63,650 bases of DNA, filler included, from Reticulomyxa filosa (GCA_000512085.1; 22 parts of 22 records of this genome joined end to end with filler, not necessarily neighbours in it); one strand, 5' to 3'. Counted from the first letter of the whole stretch, positions 24,351 to 37,939 are shown. The notes: generated from the sequence alone by a model not told the origin. Made by a program: numbers and translations.

Positions 24351-26228
24351 TTGTTGCCGATGTCACGGGAGTCTGTGGCATGTGCGAGTTTTCTTTTTTT
24401 TTTTTTTTNNNNNNNNNNNNNNNNNNNNNNNNNNNNNNNNNNNNNNNNNNNNTTAATTAATTAANNNNNNNNNNNNNNNNNNNNNNNNNNNNNNNNNNNN
24501 NNNNNNNNTTTCTTTTGTCAATATGACGAATTCAATGAAAAAAATATCACCTGGAGTGAATGGGTTATATTTATTCATTTTGTGTACAAGTCATGCTATT
24601 CATATGTTTGCTTTTGGAAAAGTGATGCTCGTTTACTTTTCAAACACTTGATTATTATCATATTGTTAAATTCCTCTTCGCTCAGTAAAAGATTATCAAA
24701 GACTGTGCTGGACAACGTGAGATTGCAATAATGACTATCGAAAGAGATTCAGAGATTTGCAAAGGTTATGGCATATGCACACGAATTTCTGCACTTGAGT
24801 ATCATCTTTACAGTGATTGGTTGATTTGAATTAAATATGGAGATTTTAAAGAGGAATGCAATAGAGTGAAAAGACTGTTTATTTTTTTAAAAAAAAACTG
24901 TTGTAGATGTCTCGTTAGACAGTATGCTATGCAGATTCGCTTATTCTTTCACTTTTGTATGAAACCACAGCATTTCTTTTAAGTTTTGACTCAAGTATCA
25001 ACATAAAAGACAAGAAAAAAAAGAAACTAGACCCTTTTTAGAAACCTTTCGTTGATATTTTCAGAATAAAGCAAATACAATAATTTCTGAAGTAATTTTT
25101 TAAGAAATTATTTGTAATAAAAATTTTGCTGAAGTTTTTTGCACAATTAAACAAGTGCAAGTTTCATTACGTACTAAAGTTTAAAAAAACTAAGATGACG
25201 ATACCTTCTGTTTATTTTAAGAGCAAATTGATGTCATCATGTTGTTTTGAGAACATTGTCAAATCATGAACATGAGATCTTCTTGCACAAAAGGATATAC
25301 ATTTGCTAACGAAAACGTTGAACCAATCATTGAAATTGCCAACAAGAAAGCGCGCAAATAGCAAAGCAACACTTTCGATAGGATGGAACAAGTGATTGTC
25401 AGTGGCTCCATAGTATACATATACGCACATGCCCGTTGTGAAGAATTTGTATCAACACAATCTTGGGACAACTTCCCTTAATGCACGAACAATATCGTCA
25501 CTTCACAGCAACTCAAGGTATGCACAAACTTTTTTTAAAAAAATAAAGAGCGAACTGAGAACAGCTCCTCATTTCCTTACTATGTTCCTATCGCTTCAAC
25601 ATNNNNNNNNNNNNNNNNNNNNNNNNNNNNNNNNNNNNNNNNNNNNTTAATTAATTAANNNNNNNNNNNNNNNNNNNNNNNNNNNNNNNNNNNNNNNNNN
25701 NNTTATTTAACAAATTTCGTTTTTGTTGAAAGTTTGCTCAGGAGAGCTAATCAACCTTTCGTACAATTATGCCTATTTTGGTTTTTTCTGTTTCATAATA
25801 TTTTAGTCACGTTTGTGTGTCGCAAAAAAAATTTCAAAGTAAGTTGAAAAAATCAAAAAATAAAACAAAAATTGTAAGCAAATCCTAAAGAAGCAACAAT
25901 GCAATAAGAAAGTGGAAGTGTTTTTGTGGAGAGTTGTAACCCAATGAACTTGCTCTGCAAATGATATTAATTTGTATTCGAACAAGTGCTATACAATTTC
26001 AAGAAAATTTTCGAAGAAATGTGATTATAAGTTTTTGTAATACCAAATTGGAATAACCCTTAAAAAATTGAGTTTGTTTTAAAATTCAAACTTTTAATTT
26101 TGTCCAATTTTTGACAGAACAAACAGCAAAGCAAAAATAACAAAAGTTGGAGAAAGCACTGTTTCTTCAAGATTTGACTTTTTAATATACATATATATTA
26201 TTTTGAGTGTGTGTGTGTTGAAAAATGA

Positions 26229-27202
26229 CTAAACACGCAAAGGAATGGAGCTTACAAAAATGTCGACGTAAAATCTCTCAAAATATATGCCTGTGCAAAA
26301 CAGCAAACACAAAATGATATCAACAATGACCCAGAGCAGAAATAGTCCATTGGCTGACGACTTTAAAGCGCCATCACACGTTGTATTTTGCCTAGAAAAA
26401 AAGGCCAAGCTGTGACTGGCCAAGCCAAATTGGATCAAATGCATGATAGTACTAAAAAGACTAGTGCACATGGCGATAGCATCCATGCCAGCCTTGAAGG
26501 CAGGCAAGCAAAAGCCCATCCAATGGTGGAGAGTGCAACAAGTACTAGCAAAGCAATGGCTTCTGACGAAGTGACATTATTTGGACCATCACAACCATTG
26601 CCGCTCTTCAATGCAGCTACTTGTACAGCAGATGCAATCAATGGTAAGGCAATGATTACAGTGAAGAGAAACAACAGCAGTGCAAGGAAAGCCCTTTCTT
26701 CAGAGTTTTTGGGAATCTTGCACGCTGCGTAAAGTCCAATTGATGCCAAAATGATAAAAAACGCCAGCCAAGATAAAAACAAAGTGAACAAAAATTCAGT
26801 TGCTCCATTGGATGTATTGCATACATGCGGATAAGACCACAAATCGCAAAAATATGCAGCAAGGGCACATTGTACAGCAATACTCAATATTCCTAGAACA
26901 ACCAAACTCCATCGTCCAAATTTTTTGAGAGGACTAGTTTCCATGTTTTCCATCCACCAAAACAATGGATAGGAAATTAAAGGAATCAAAACAAAGATCA
27001 ATAGTATTACACTCTCTGAGCGAATTTTGGCAGAGCTACAATCCGATTTGAACACTACCGCCATTTGCGTTATCGATGCAAACAAAGGAAGAATGGAGCC
27101 TAAGCATAGCAATTCAAAAAACCAATACTTGATTTGTTGGTCGATACCTTTCAGTTTTCCATCATCTACAAAATTACCAATGTTTCCGACTAAGTCATAC
27201 AA
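26229..27202 (-). CDS. Hypothetical polytopic membrane protein (about 8 TM, internal repeats), 5'-truncated, one single-base frame break
   Basis: ORFs 26435..27202 and 26229..26519 join if one T is added to the T3 run at 26437-26439. Confidence 0.65.
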
Positions 27203-27266
27203 ACCGTCCTAATTTCATTTATATTTATTTATATATTTATTTATATATTTATTATTATTTATTATG

Positions 27267-27303
<37 letters not shown>

Positions 27304-27407
27304 TTTTNNNNNNNNNNNNNNNNNNNNNNNNNNNNNNNNNNNNNNNNNNNNTTAATTAATTAANNNNNNNNNNNNNNNNNNNNNNNNNNNNNNNNNNNNN
27401 NNNNNNN

Positions 27408-29007
27408 CTATCTTTTAATCCATTTGTAAAACATTTAAAAGCATCATCGAATGTTTTTCATTTGGCAAGTAATTTTGCACATCTTCCACGCACATCTGCA
27501 TTATTATTTTTGTCAATCTCTGTACAATCATTTTAAGTAGATCAATGTATGTATCTTTCCCTTTACAAATTAAATAATTAAAAGCATTATCAAATTGTTT
27601 CCCAGGCAATTTCAGTGTAATTGTCCCAAGTGCTTCTTTGTACATTCAATCATTGTCTTTCTTGAGCATTTCTTTTAAAGAATTGAAAGCATCATTCAAT
27701 TGTTTTTCATTCCATTTTATTGAGAGTTCTCCAAGTAATTGTGCGCATTTTTTACGATTATCTTCACCTTCCTTTTGATCGGATAATCGATCAATCAAAT
27801 ATTGAAAGATATCACCTTATTGTTCTTCTTTCAATTTTATCATAAATTGAGTCGTATCATAACACAAAACAAAAAAATATGAAGAAAATCTATGAATGAG
27901 ATATTGGAATGCATTGCCTAACTGTTTTCTCCCAATTGTAATCAAGTCTTTACAAGTGATATGGATATTTATATTTTATCATATTTAATACTCTTTGTGG
28001 ATTTCACAAGAAATGATTGGTTGTCCACATTTTAATCCTCCCATGCAATTGAGATAAATAATTTATTTCCATTTCAAAGATTTAAATTCTTGTTATCATT
28101 TAATTTGTTATTCAATCCATCCAATTCCATTTCATATAACTTTTTAACAATGTCTCACACAATTTTGAAAGAGTTATTTCAAAATTCTTGGATTGTTTAG
28201 ATATTCACACATTGCATTGGGTCGGCTTGTGATAATTATGGAATAATTTTCATTTAAAGTGCAATGTTGCAACCATGATTTTAACTTTGTGTTTTTTTGA
28301 AGTTCATTTGCAATTTCATCAAATCCATCCAATAATAATAACAATCCATTCATTGAATAAATAATACATTTGGTGTCTTTTAAATTCCATTGTGGGATAT
28401 GTAATGCATTCATAAGTATTCAATATCACAATTATTTTCATCTTTCTTTTGATCATCATTATTGTCATTAATGTGATGAAAAGCATTGATAGTTTTTCTC
28501 AAAGGGATGTACAATAGAGATTGAAATTGATGATTTCCCCACAAGTATGTAATTCTTTGAGACAACACACTTTTTCCACTCCCTGCTTCTCCTCGAATAC
28601 TAATGTAACACACTTTTGATTCTTTTTGTTTATCATTCCAAATATCTTGCAATTCGATATTTTTAGTTTGATTTCCATAGATTAATGAATAATCTAATGA
28701 ATTGGCCATTTTCCATTTTCTTCTTTATAATTATCATGTTTTTCATTTATACTTTTTTCTTCTTCTTGATTGTTGATAATTTTATCTTTTTGTTGTTGGA
28801 ATTGTTCAAAAGGGCCAATCGAGTGTAGCACGTGTTAATGGATTGTTCAAAATCATCGAATAATGGGACCAATTTATCTTGTGATTGGTAGTATCGCTTC
28901 AGTTTTTTTTTTATTAAACTTAGCTGTTCGTTTTCATTTTGTGTTTTTCCGTTGTCATTTTTTTTTTCGTTAAGAAGATCCTCTTTTGCTTCTATTTGGC
29001 CGCTCAT
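27408..29007 (-). pseudogene. NACHT/STAND NTPase gene with helical repeats, degenerate
   Basis: Walker A IRGEAGSGKS, Walker B LLLLDGFDEI, IITSRP, N-terminal LKRYYQSQDKL..YTRLAL; several stops, frameshifts and missing segments. Confidence 0.85.
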
Positions 29008-29135
29008 GGTGACTTTTTCCTCTGAAATGTTGAAANNNNNNNNNNNNNNNNNNNNNNNNNNNNNNNNNNNNNNNNNNNNTTAATTAATTAANNNNNNNNN
29101 NNNNNNNNNNNNNNNNNNNNNNNNNNNNNNNNNNN

Positions 29136-30138
29136 AAAAGGTGTCGCTGCAAGCAGCTCTGACCAGACTGATCATTTGTCTGTATGCGAGGCTGTTGCAA
29201 TTTACTAAGACTAATCAAGAAGACCAGCAGAAGAGAAAAAAGAGATTGAATTGGTCGAGTAAGCAAAATGCTAACGCTCGTAAATCAATTGTCGCAAGTG
29301 CTTCAAATCAAGATGCTGTGAATTGGGACGTTGTGAGTGCCGTGGGCGACTTTGGTCACAAGTTACAGTCGTTGATTGGAGACTATCTCATCGGCATGTG
29401 CAATAACGAATGGGCGGTCTACATCATCAGGAACATGAGCTTACATTGAAACGCCTTTACTTACTGTTCCACCAAAACACCTTCGCTACGGATGTCAAAA
29501 ACCTGCATCGGACAGGGCTCCATCTTCTACTAGGTCCGCGATGCTGCTATACATGCTCTTATCACACATCCCACTTTGAGCAACTTTCGACTGGCCTTAG
29601 AACAGATCTTCATCTTCTTCACAGATGTGCTATGTCAAGACAGTCACGACAAACATTTACTCCAGGCCGCTTTGCTTATCTTACAATCTCAAACTCTTAT
29701 GTATGTATATAAGTGTATGCATATATGTTTGTGTTCCAGCCGAATTTGCACCTGTGCTGTTTGCATTGGTCAAAGGATTATCTCCATCCTGCTCCATGTA
29801 CTCTCCACAGAGGCCATAGAAACGTTCCGACAAGCAATCATGGATTACTGACTCAGTATTTGCGAACATCTGTTTCCAAACTCAACAATGAAAGTCCTAC
29901 CTTTACATATTGGAGATATCAACTGATGGCAACAGCATTGCTTTGGGCGGACCTGCGACCCAATATTGCAACGAGCCAAGAAGTTGTGCAATATTTTTGT
30001 TCATTGGTGTCACAAGATGTGCCGCAGCTCCAGTCGCCCGCGTGTAATGCATTCAAAACCATTTTGGACAACTTTGTGCCGCTTTTGGATTACAAGCGAG
30101 TATTGAAGCCAGATCAATCGCTCCCTGTCGACCACTAG
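29136..30138 (+). pseudogene. PA200/Blm10 (PSME4)-like proteasome activator fragment, disrupted
   Basis: YWRYQLMATALLWADLRPNIATSQEVVQYFCSLVSQDVPQLQSPACNAFKTIL resembles the PA200 WxY/F..LL..R.D.P....F...L..D...R..A segment (from recall); several frame changes. Confidence 0.5.
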
Positions 30139-33100
30139 TTTATTACCAAAAGTTTGAGACTGTGTTGCTTCGTTTGTTACTTCTCTATCTCTCCAGTTGT
30201 TTGTTCTTTTAATACAATAGCATGATATATTCACGCATACATATATAAATAATAAAATAACAAACAGATTTTCGTCAGGTGTGATCTTGTGTTCGATCAA
30301 TCGTATGCAACAAAAGTAATATCCTATTTTACGCACAATGCAATACAACGAAATTAGGATATGCACGTACAAAAACATTAGTCGAAGAAATCAAAAGCAA
30401 GGATCTGTAAGTATTAGTTGTGGAGAATGCTTAACGGCGAAATACTATCGATTGTATTCTAAATTGACGCAATTAAAGCTGTTGCAAAAAATACGTATAT
30501 TGTAAGTACGATCAATTGCTGGAGCAGTTCAACGTACATAGCACGACGAAAAAGACATAAACTTTTTGATAAATCTACATACATTGAAGATTTGGGTCAG
30601 CGATGAAAAATTCGACATTTTTTCATGAACTTGGAGCACACGTATATGGTTGGAGTGTTAGCTGGAGCGAATTTAACACTGGCTCTTTGACGAGAAAGTT
30701 GTTGCGATAGATATGCATATTGAAGATGTTCAGTGCTGATTTGAAGTTTGTGCAACTGGTGATGATTATTATAAAGAAGCAAAATTAAAATGAATAAAAT
30801 AGACCGAATATAATATAATATTGAAAAAAAAAATGCAGTTCATATGCCATTCGTATTCATATTTGAGCGATACCACACATTACGTTTCTTTTCATTTTTT
30901 AATAGGAAAATAAACAAAATTTTCTGGCAAATTACAAAAATATATTTATGAATGTGATAGTAATTTAATTTGGTTATTCTCTTTTGAAAAAAAATTACTA
31001 AATATGTCATTTAAGGATGCTTATCACTTTTTTGAAGCTTTTAATAAAAGTATTTTTGTATTTTTACATTCTAATTTATGTTTAATTGTTTGTTACTATT
31101 CGAACATTTTATACATATATAAAATAGGATTGTTTGGCATATTGCCATATGACTATACATTCTCTTGAAGACATCTTGTCTCAAATGTACTTAAGCAATC
31201 AAATGACAACTCAAGCAGATGCATTTTTGAATGAGGCTGTGTATTTAATCCCCAAATCGCAGACCACGTTTACCGCTGCATCTGTTCAATATAATAATAT
31301 CATTCAACCCATAAGCATGATGCGTGAATACGTGGAACACATGTGTAGCGTGTTGCTGGAAATATTGAATGCTCTAATTAACTATTTCCCAAAAAATTCG
31401 TGATTGGCTGGCCATCTCTAAGATCTTGCACACAATTCCAGGACAAAATTGTCGGTAACACCAGAAACGCCCAATTGTTTGGACAAAATCCCAAGTATAT
31501 CAAATCTGTCCAAAGATAATTGAATAAATTGAGCAAAGACATCTCCAACGGCCGCATCTAAAAAAACTGGTGTGTTTACTTTGTTTTAAGACAGTTCTTT
31601 TCAATACAATACACTTTTGTATATATGTATAAGATATTGTTTTTTTTTCTATTATCATTGACAAATCCTTTGCTTTGTTTGTGTGACCATGCTCCACTAA
31701 AGGGTCAACAAGAATGTGGCAATGTTTGCTTAGAATGGATTAATGTTTTGTTAGATTTTGTTGAAGTGAATGAAATCACTATCCAAAAAATACAATATAT
31801 TCACACTCCGGCTTTGAAAGCTCCAAATCTAAATCAAATCTTTTTGAAATTAGCCTAAATGAAATGTAATTTATGCAACTGGCAAGTTTAATATAGAGAA
31901 AGAAGTGAAATATAATTGAAAAAAAAGTTTTACATTAATTTCATAGAATGCTAAAAAATATCATCAAAAGCAACAACTTTGAATATTACAACAATTTATC
32001 AAAAATCGAAATTTGGTTGTGAAAGTATAATGATGCGTCATACTTTGCAGTGTTATACTTAATATCAATATCATGGAAGCTTTCCCTTTGCTGGATCTCG
32101 TTTATAACAAAGCTACACTTAACACAGTAGTCGGGTAATACAGATATCCATCTTTCCGACAACATATCAATTTCACAACAGTGTTTTCTTTATTTGCATC
32201 TTGTGTTCATCACGTCAAACGGTGTTACTATTAAATTATTTTTCTATTTTTATTTATTATTTATTTTGTGATTAGCTTTTTCTCAAAAAGGCGAAACAAG
32301 CGGCATGTGATGGCAAAACTGCTATTAGAACATCATGCGGCAGTAAAATAGCACAAAAAACATAATTTTTAAATATCTTTTTTATTTTATTTTATTTTAT
32401 TTTTTTGGAAGAGCGAGTGAAGAAAGGGGGAAGATGAAGGAAAATGGCGTCGTTGTGATTTAGACTCTTATTGTTCAAATTTAACTTTTGAAAACATCCA
32501 AAAAAACTCCTTTGTACAGTACATCACCATTTAGCTTTGTGTAAAGTATCAACTGCAAACGCGTCTTCATGGTATCTATATGTTTGGTTTGTTGGACAGA
32601 GAAAAAACAGAAAACGATGTATTTTGAGGCTGAAGGATAATGAAGAGACATTTGAACAATGACTTTCTTAACTGGATATAAGGTTGAGCGCTTCGCTAGC
32701 TCTGCGCATGAACCTGCCACATGCTGCCTACCAACGACTACCTCCTTCATTGAGGCAAATGATTTAAAAAAATATAAAAATTAACGTTTTTGCTTTTTTT
32801 TTTCATTGATCTCCTTTTTGCTTAAAACACTTACTGTACAACTTAGATATTTCTTATAACAAAAAGTTGTTGTGTTATATTAAAAAGCAATAGTTGACGA
32901 CAGGCAAACGAAATAAAAATAAAAAGGAATTATGCCACTTGCTGCACTTTGATAGACAATCATTTCCATTCAGTCATAATCATACCTTTATGCATGGTTT
33001 TCTTAGATTATAGAAGTATAAAATAACGTTTTTATTATTTTCAATGTTTCAAATATTTCAATGTTGTTATCATTATAAACAATATTGATTACCTTTTCAA

Positions 33101-33624
33101 TTGATAGATTTTTTGTGATACTCTTCAATAGAATTGTAGTTTTTTTTTTATATTTGATATTGGTGTTGAATAGATAGAAAACATTGTGAATTTGGAGACG
33201 AAAAAATTGAAAACAATGACAAAGACTTTGATAGAAACAACAGTCTCTTAAGGTATTTGAACAATCAGCGGTAAAGGAGATATTATCTCCCTTTTTGGCA
33301 TGTTGTTGTCATCATTGTATCCTTCATTCAGCAAAAAATTACATGGCTTGCTTTCATTTTCCAAATTCAACTCGTAACACAAGATACGAATCCCACATGC
33401 AATCAGTGGTATTATTATTATTACTGTTGCTCACGTTCGTGTTCGCGCTGGGTATATGTTTTTTTTATGCTTTTCTTTTGTGACAACGCAAGGACATCAA
33501 CATTTTAGGCAATCCAATTTTCCATTTTATTCCGGGCAGCAGTATACATTTGAAACATTTCAGCTTTTCACTTCCATCGATTTTTTAAACGAATAAAAGC
33601 ATAAAAAGAGCTTGATTATAATTG

Positions 33625-33795
33625 TTAAGTGTTATCCGGATTCATTGCTTCTGCGGTGTTAACTATATGGTCCATCCTTGCGGCCCGCTGACGCTGGTTA
33701 CACTCAATCTCGCCAACAAATCCAAAGTACATATACTCCTCGATTTTCTCGGATATACCACTTGTAATATTTTCTTTCAATTGCGCGATGTTATT
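33625..33795 (-). CDS. Probable terminal exon of an unknown gene
   Basis: After a CAG acceptor: NNIAQLKENITSGISEKIEEYMYFGFVGEIECNQRQRAARMDHIVNTAEAMNPDNT-stop; GC is higher than the flanks. Confidence 0.35.
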   Translation of the reverse strand, partial: NNIAQLKENITSGISEKIEEYMYFGFVGEIECNQRQRAARMDHIVNTAEAMNPDNT

Positions 33796-35008
33796 CTGTT
33801 GACAAATGTATTTTCTGCATGCTCTTTATGTATATATGTATATTGAACTGTAAAAATACTTTTTTTCCATCAATAATAAAAATAATAAAATACATATACA
33901 CATAAATACAGATACAGAAGAAAAAAAAAATTGATTTGGAGGAGAATGAAGAGATGTTCATTTTGACTAAGTATTTTCTGTTTTTTTCNNNNNNNNNNNN
34001 NNNNNNNNNNNNNNNNNNNNNNNNNNNNNNNNTTAATTAATTAANNNNNNNNNNNNNNNNNNNNNNNNNNNNNNNNNNNNNNNNNNNNTTTTGGGATATT
34101 CGATCAAATAAGAATGAATTGTATGTAATGAACGTTAATGGGGTAGTCTGTCTTAAATTTATAGAATTTAAAAAGAAAGTAAATAACAATGAACAAAAAT
34201 TAAATGTTGATAGTTGTGTTAATTTATGTTATGGTTCAAACAATAGTTTAATTTATGTTTGTGGATGAATGCAAATACTTGAATTTTGTTTAAAGTTACC
34301 TATTTTTTTTTAATTGAAATGGCATGGATAAAAGTTTGCTTTGGCTTTTATTTTTCAATTTAATTATGTTAAAATTTGGAAAGTTGTTTGACCAAAGAAG
34401 ATGTTAAAACCTTGATTACAAATCATTTATTATGTGTTGTTTACAATCTCTCTTTTTCAATAAATAGCAGCCATCATCAACAGTAAACATTGTCAGAAAG
34501 TCTTGTTAGTTCTTTTGTCTTTTTTTGCCTGTTTTTATGACGACGCGATAATTTACCATTATAAAAAAATATTCAAGTGTCCATGACCATAATATTCTGT
34601 TAATGTCAAGTTGAACAATTAAGTAGTTTCTTTTTTAAAAAGGGAAGTGGCTTGACCCTTTTGAACTAAAAAAAAAGGGTCAAAGTAAACTACATTAGAA
34701 TGATAGCTCTAATTTTTAAAAAGTTAAATAATAATATTTCCTTTATATGATAAGTCTACTATCATTCAGTTACTTTAAACAATCCTCAATTTTTGTAAAA
34801 AAAAAGAGGTTACATTGTAAATTATGGCAGATTTTTGAACTTAAAAGTATGTACATAGTTACTATAGAAACAAATTAAAACCAATGTAAAAACAAAAATG
34901 CTCGTCAATAAAAGGATTACCAATGTAATGATTTTGTGTGCTTTTTTTTTGAGGGGTTTCAAAAAACTCTTCGAAGAAAAATAAGCCCTTTATCAACAGT
35001 TTACAAGA

Positions 35009-36340
35009 ATGTCGTTGTTTAAAGCGTATGTGACTGCTGAAGGAAAAACACATACAATCATGTTGCCTGACTTGACATTGGAACAGCTAAAACAGCAACT
35101 TCTCCAATTAACTCAATCAACACAAGCGGACGACATATTTACAATTGTTGATAGAAGTGGTAATCGAATTGATACTGATAAAGATGTGGTCCACGCATTT
35201 GAAAGTTCTCCTGTTGATTTTACTGTCCAATTTCGATCAAGTTTAGTTTTCATGTTCTATTATTTTTATTTTGCTCCAAAAAATAAGGAAAGAATTGATG
35301 AATATGAAATAAAAGATATTTCAAATGTAAATGGACTTGAACAATCAATAATGAAAAAAGATATCATCCCAGAAGCATTAGATTTTAAAAAACATTGGAG
35401 CATGTATTGGAGACAATCTAACGTGGAAGCTGCAAAAACAGTTGAACAAATGATGCATGATAACCAACAAGGATTAATTATTGTTGCATGCAATACATTA
35501 AAATGGAAAAATAGAAATGGTGGTTTTTCTTCAATTATTAACGTAATAAAAAATAGCAACAAAGATAATACAAAAGAATTTGGGGAATATTGTGTGTATG
35601 TAATAAAAAGAAAGTCAATCATATTGGAACAAGTAAATATTGATGGAAATATATACGTTGTTGATTGTAAATTTGGATGTAAAGTATATATGAATATTAC
35701 AACTCAATTATTTGTTACAAAAGATGCAGTTATTGATGAACAAATAAAACAACATATTAATCCAATTCCTTGGAATACAAAAATACATCATGATATTCCA
35801 TTGCAATTTCATAATCTCGAAACTAAAAAAGAAATATGTATAAAGCAAAATTTAATTGATGAATCTATTATTCATTTACAAGAATATTTGCAAATTGCAA
35901 TGAATATGTTTGGTTTTAATCATCATTACATCGCTATTGCATATAATTTGCTTGGGAATGTCTACAGTAATAATAAAGAACAGCCTGATAAAGCCATTGA
36001 ATTGTTTGAAAAAGCATTACACATTATATTACATATTTTTGGAATAAATAATGATTTTGTTGCTAGTATATATACAAATTTAGGAATAGCTTATGAAAAA
36101 AAATCAATTTACGATAAAGCAATTGAATGCTATGAAAAAGCATTGACAATATTTTCAAATACAAATAAAATCACTGCTGATTCATTTTGGAATTTAGCCC
36201 TCATATTTGCAAAACTAGGGGACAATAAAACAGCATGTAGATATTTCGAAGAGGCCTGGAAGATATATAGTACTATATTTGGAGAATGGAACAGAGAATC
36301 ATTGCGAGCAAAATGGAAAGTGGAAAAATTAAGTGAATGA
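35009..36340 (+). CDS. TPR-repeat protein with an N-terminal PB1/ubiquitin-like domain
   Basis: N-terminal FTIVDRSGNRIDTDKDVVHAF (PB1-like); kinesin-light-chain-type TPRs (AIAYNLLGNVY, ASIYTNLGIAY..KAIECYEKAL); probable in-frame intron at ~35246-35287. Confidence 0.85.
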   Translation: MSLFKAYVTAEGKTHTIMLPDLTLEQLKQQLLQLTQSTQADDIFTIVDRSGNRIDTDKDVVHAFESSPVDFTVQFRSSLVFMFYYFYFAPKNKERIDEYEIKDISNVNGLEQSIMKKDIIPEALDFKKHWSMYWRQSNVEAAKTVEQMMHDNQQGLIIVACNTLKWKNRNGGFSSIINVIKNSNKDNTKEFGEYCVYVIKRKSIILEQVNIDGNIYVVDCKFGCKVYMNITTQLFVTKDAVIDEQIKQHINPIPWNTKIHHDIPLQFHNLETKKEICIKQNLIDESIIHLQEYLQIAMNMFGFNHHYIAIAYNLLGNVYSNNKEQPDKAIELFEKALHIILHIFGINNDFVASIYTNLGIAYEKKSIYDKAIECYEKALTIFSNTNKITADSFWNLALIFAKLGDNKTACRYFEEAWKIYSTIFGEWNRESLRAKWKVEKLSE

Positions 36341-36899
36341 GCTTTGTGAAATTACTCTTTTTTTTTTTCCCAAGCTTCTTATTCTTTTTTTTTAGCTTAC
36401 AATAACTTTCTAAAAAAACTTAAGTATTAACAAATGCTTTCAACATGGTAAGCATAATCAATAATTTATACTGTACACAAATTCGTAGTTGCTAATTTCT
36501 CTCGATTTTATTGTATTTCTTCAATCACATTACACTCTTGTATCTTCGCAAAAAAATATGTACGGTACTTCTTGATTACAACTTTTTCTTTTATTTCTTC
36601 TTCAAAATGAATAAGATTAAAGAACTTCGTTTTAAATGCAAACACTGACTTATACTTAACAAAACTTCCACCAGTTTCATAAAATAAAGTAAAATAAAAT
36701 ATCATATTACAAAAATAGAAAATAATTGAAAATAAGTTTTAGCATTTTGATAAGCCTGAAATTAATTCACAATAAAAATCAATTATTTTATATTATACAC
36801 GAAACAATTTTTTTTCTTGTTAAAAAAAAAAAACTCCAATTAAAAAATCTCTGTCATCAATTTTGTTGGAAAAGATAGCTGTTCCTCAAGTTTTTTCTT

Positions 36900-37662
36900 A
36901 TGTGGTGGCTCTTTCTCTTCTGTACTTGTGCCTTACTGCAGTGTGGCATGGGTAACGATTCTCCACTTGTTGGTATTTTGACTCTACCTTGCAACCAAGA
37001 CCCGAATGATTGTAGTGGTTTGAATTTGACATTACCATTTGAGCCAATAAGCTATGTGCCTGCGAGCTATGTAAAATTTTTAGAAAGTGGAGGTGCGCGT
37101 GTGATACCCCTTTTAAGTGATATGAGTGACGACATGATAACAAGTGTGATGTCGCAATTGAATGGGATCTTGTTCACAGGTGGAGTTGCATCATTTTCAA
37201 ATAACAATAACAATGGCACAATAAATTGGTACTGGACACAAGTGACAAGAATAATGGAGTATTTAAGAAAGAACAAAGATATACCATTATGGGGCACATG
37301 TTTAGGTATGGAGGCTATGATATGTGCCACTGCAATGAATGGTACGTCTGTAATGAATCTAAACTTAACTGCAAATTATATGGCATTGGCTCTGAATTTT
37401 ACTTCTTATGCAGCAAATAATGAAAGTCGAATGCTCCCAAGTCACCTCAATGCATACACAGCATATATCTATGACACGTTATCTACCGAAAATGTCACTT
37501 TCAATGAACACTTTTATGGATTTAATCCAAGCGTTTTCGTCTCTGATCCTTATGTAAGGACTAATTTCACTGTTCTATCTTATTCCAGTAATCCCATTTT
37601 GGAAGATATACAAGGATCTTTTGTTAGTTTGATTGAAACCACTACAGAAAGTGGATTATTTT
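36900..37662 (+). CDS. GGH: Gamma-glutamyl hydrolase (peptidase C26), with signal peptide, 3'-truncated
   Basis: PLVGILT, SYVPASYVKFLESGGARVIP, LNGILFTGG, catalytic PLWGTCLGME, TFNEHFYG. Confidence 0.93.
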
Positions 37663-37664
37663 GG

Positions 37665-37717
<53 letters not shown>

Positions 37718-37939
37718 CNNNNNNNNNNNNNNNNNNNNNNNNNNNNNNNNNNNNNNNNNNNNTTAATTAATTAANNNNNNNNNNNNNNNNNNNNNNNNNN
37801 NNNNNNNNNNNNNNNNNNGTTTTTTTTTTTTTTTTTTTTTTTGATATAAATAAAGTAATACATAAATATATACATATATACATGTACATGTATATGTATA
37901 CACATATATATATATGTATATATGTGTATATGCACAAAA

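Noticed and set aside
24509-25602. Coding-like stretch at 25220-25520
   Set aside because: Interrupted by stops, with no identifiable family.
31134-31858. Possible NCBP1/MIF4G-like gene fragments
   Set aside because: Only generic helical character with stops; no motif I can support.
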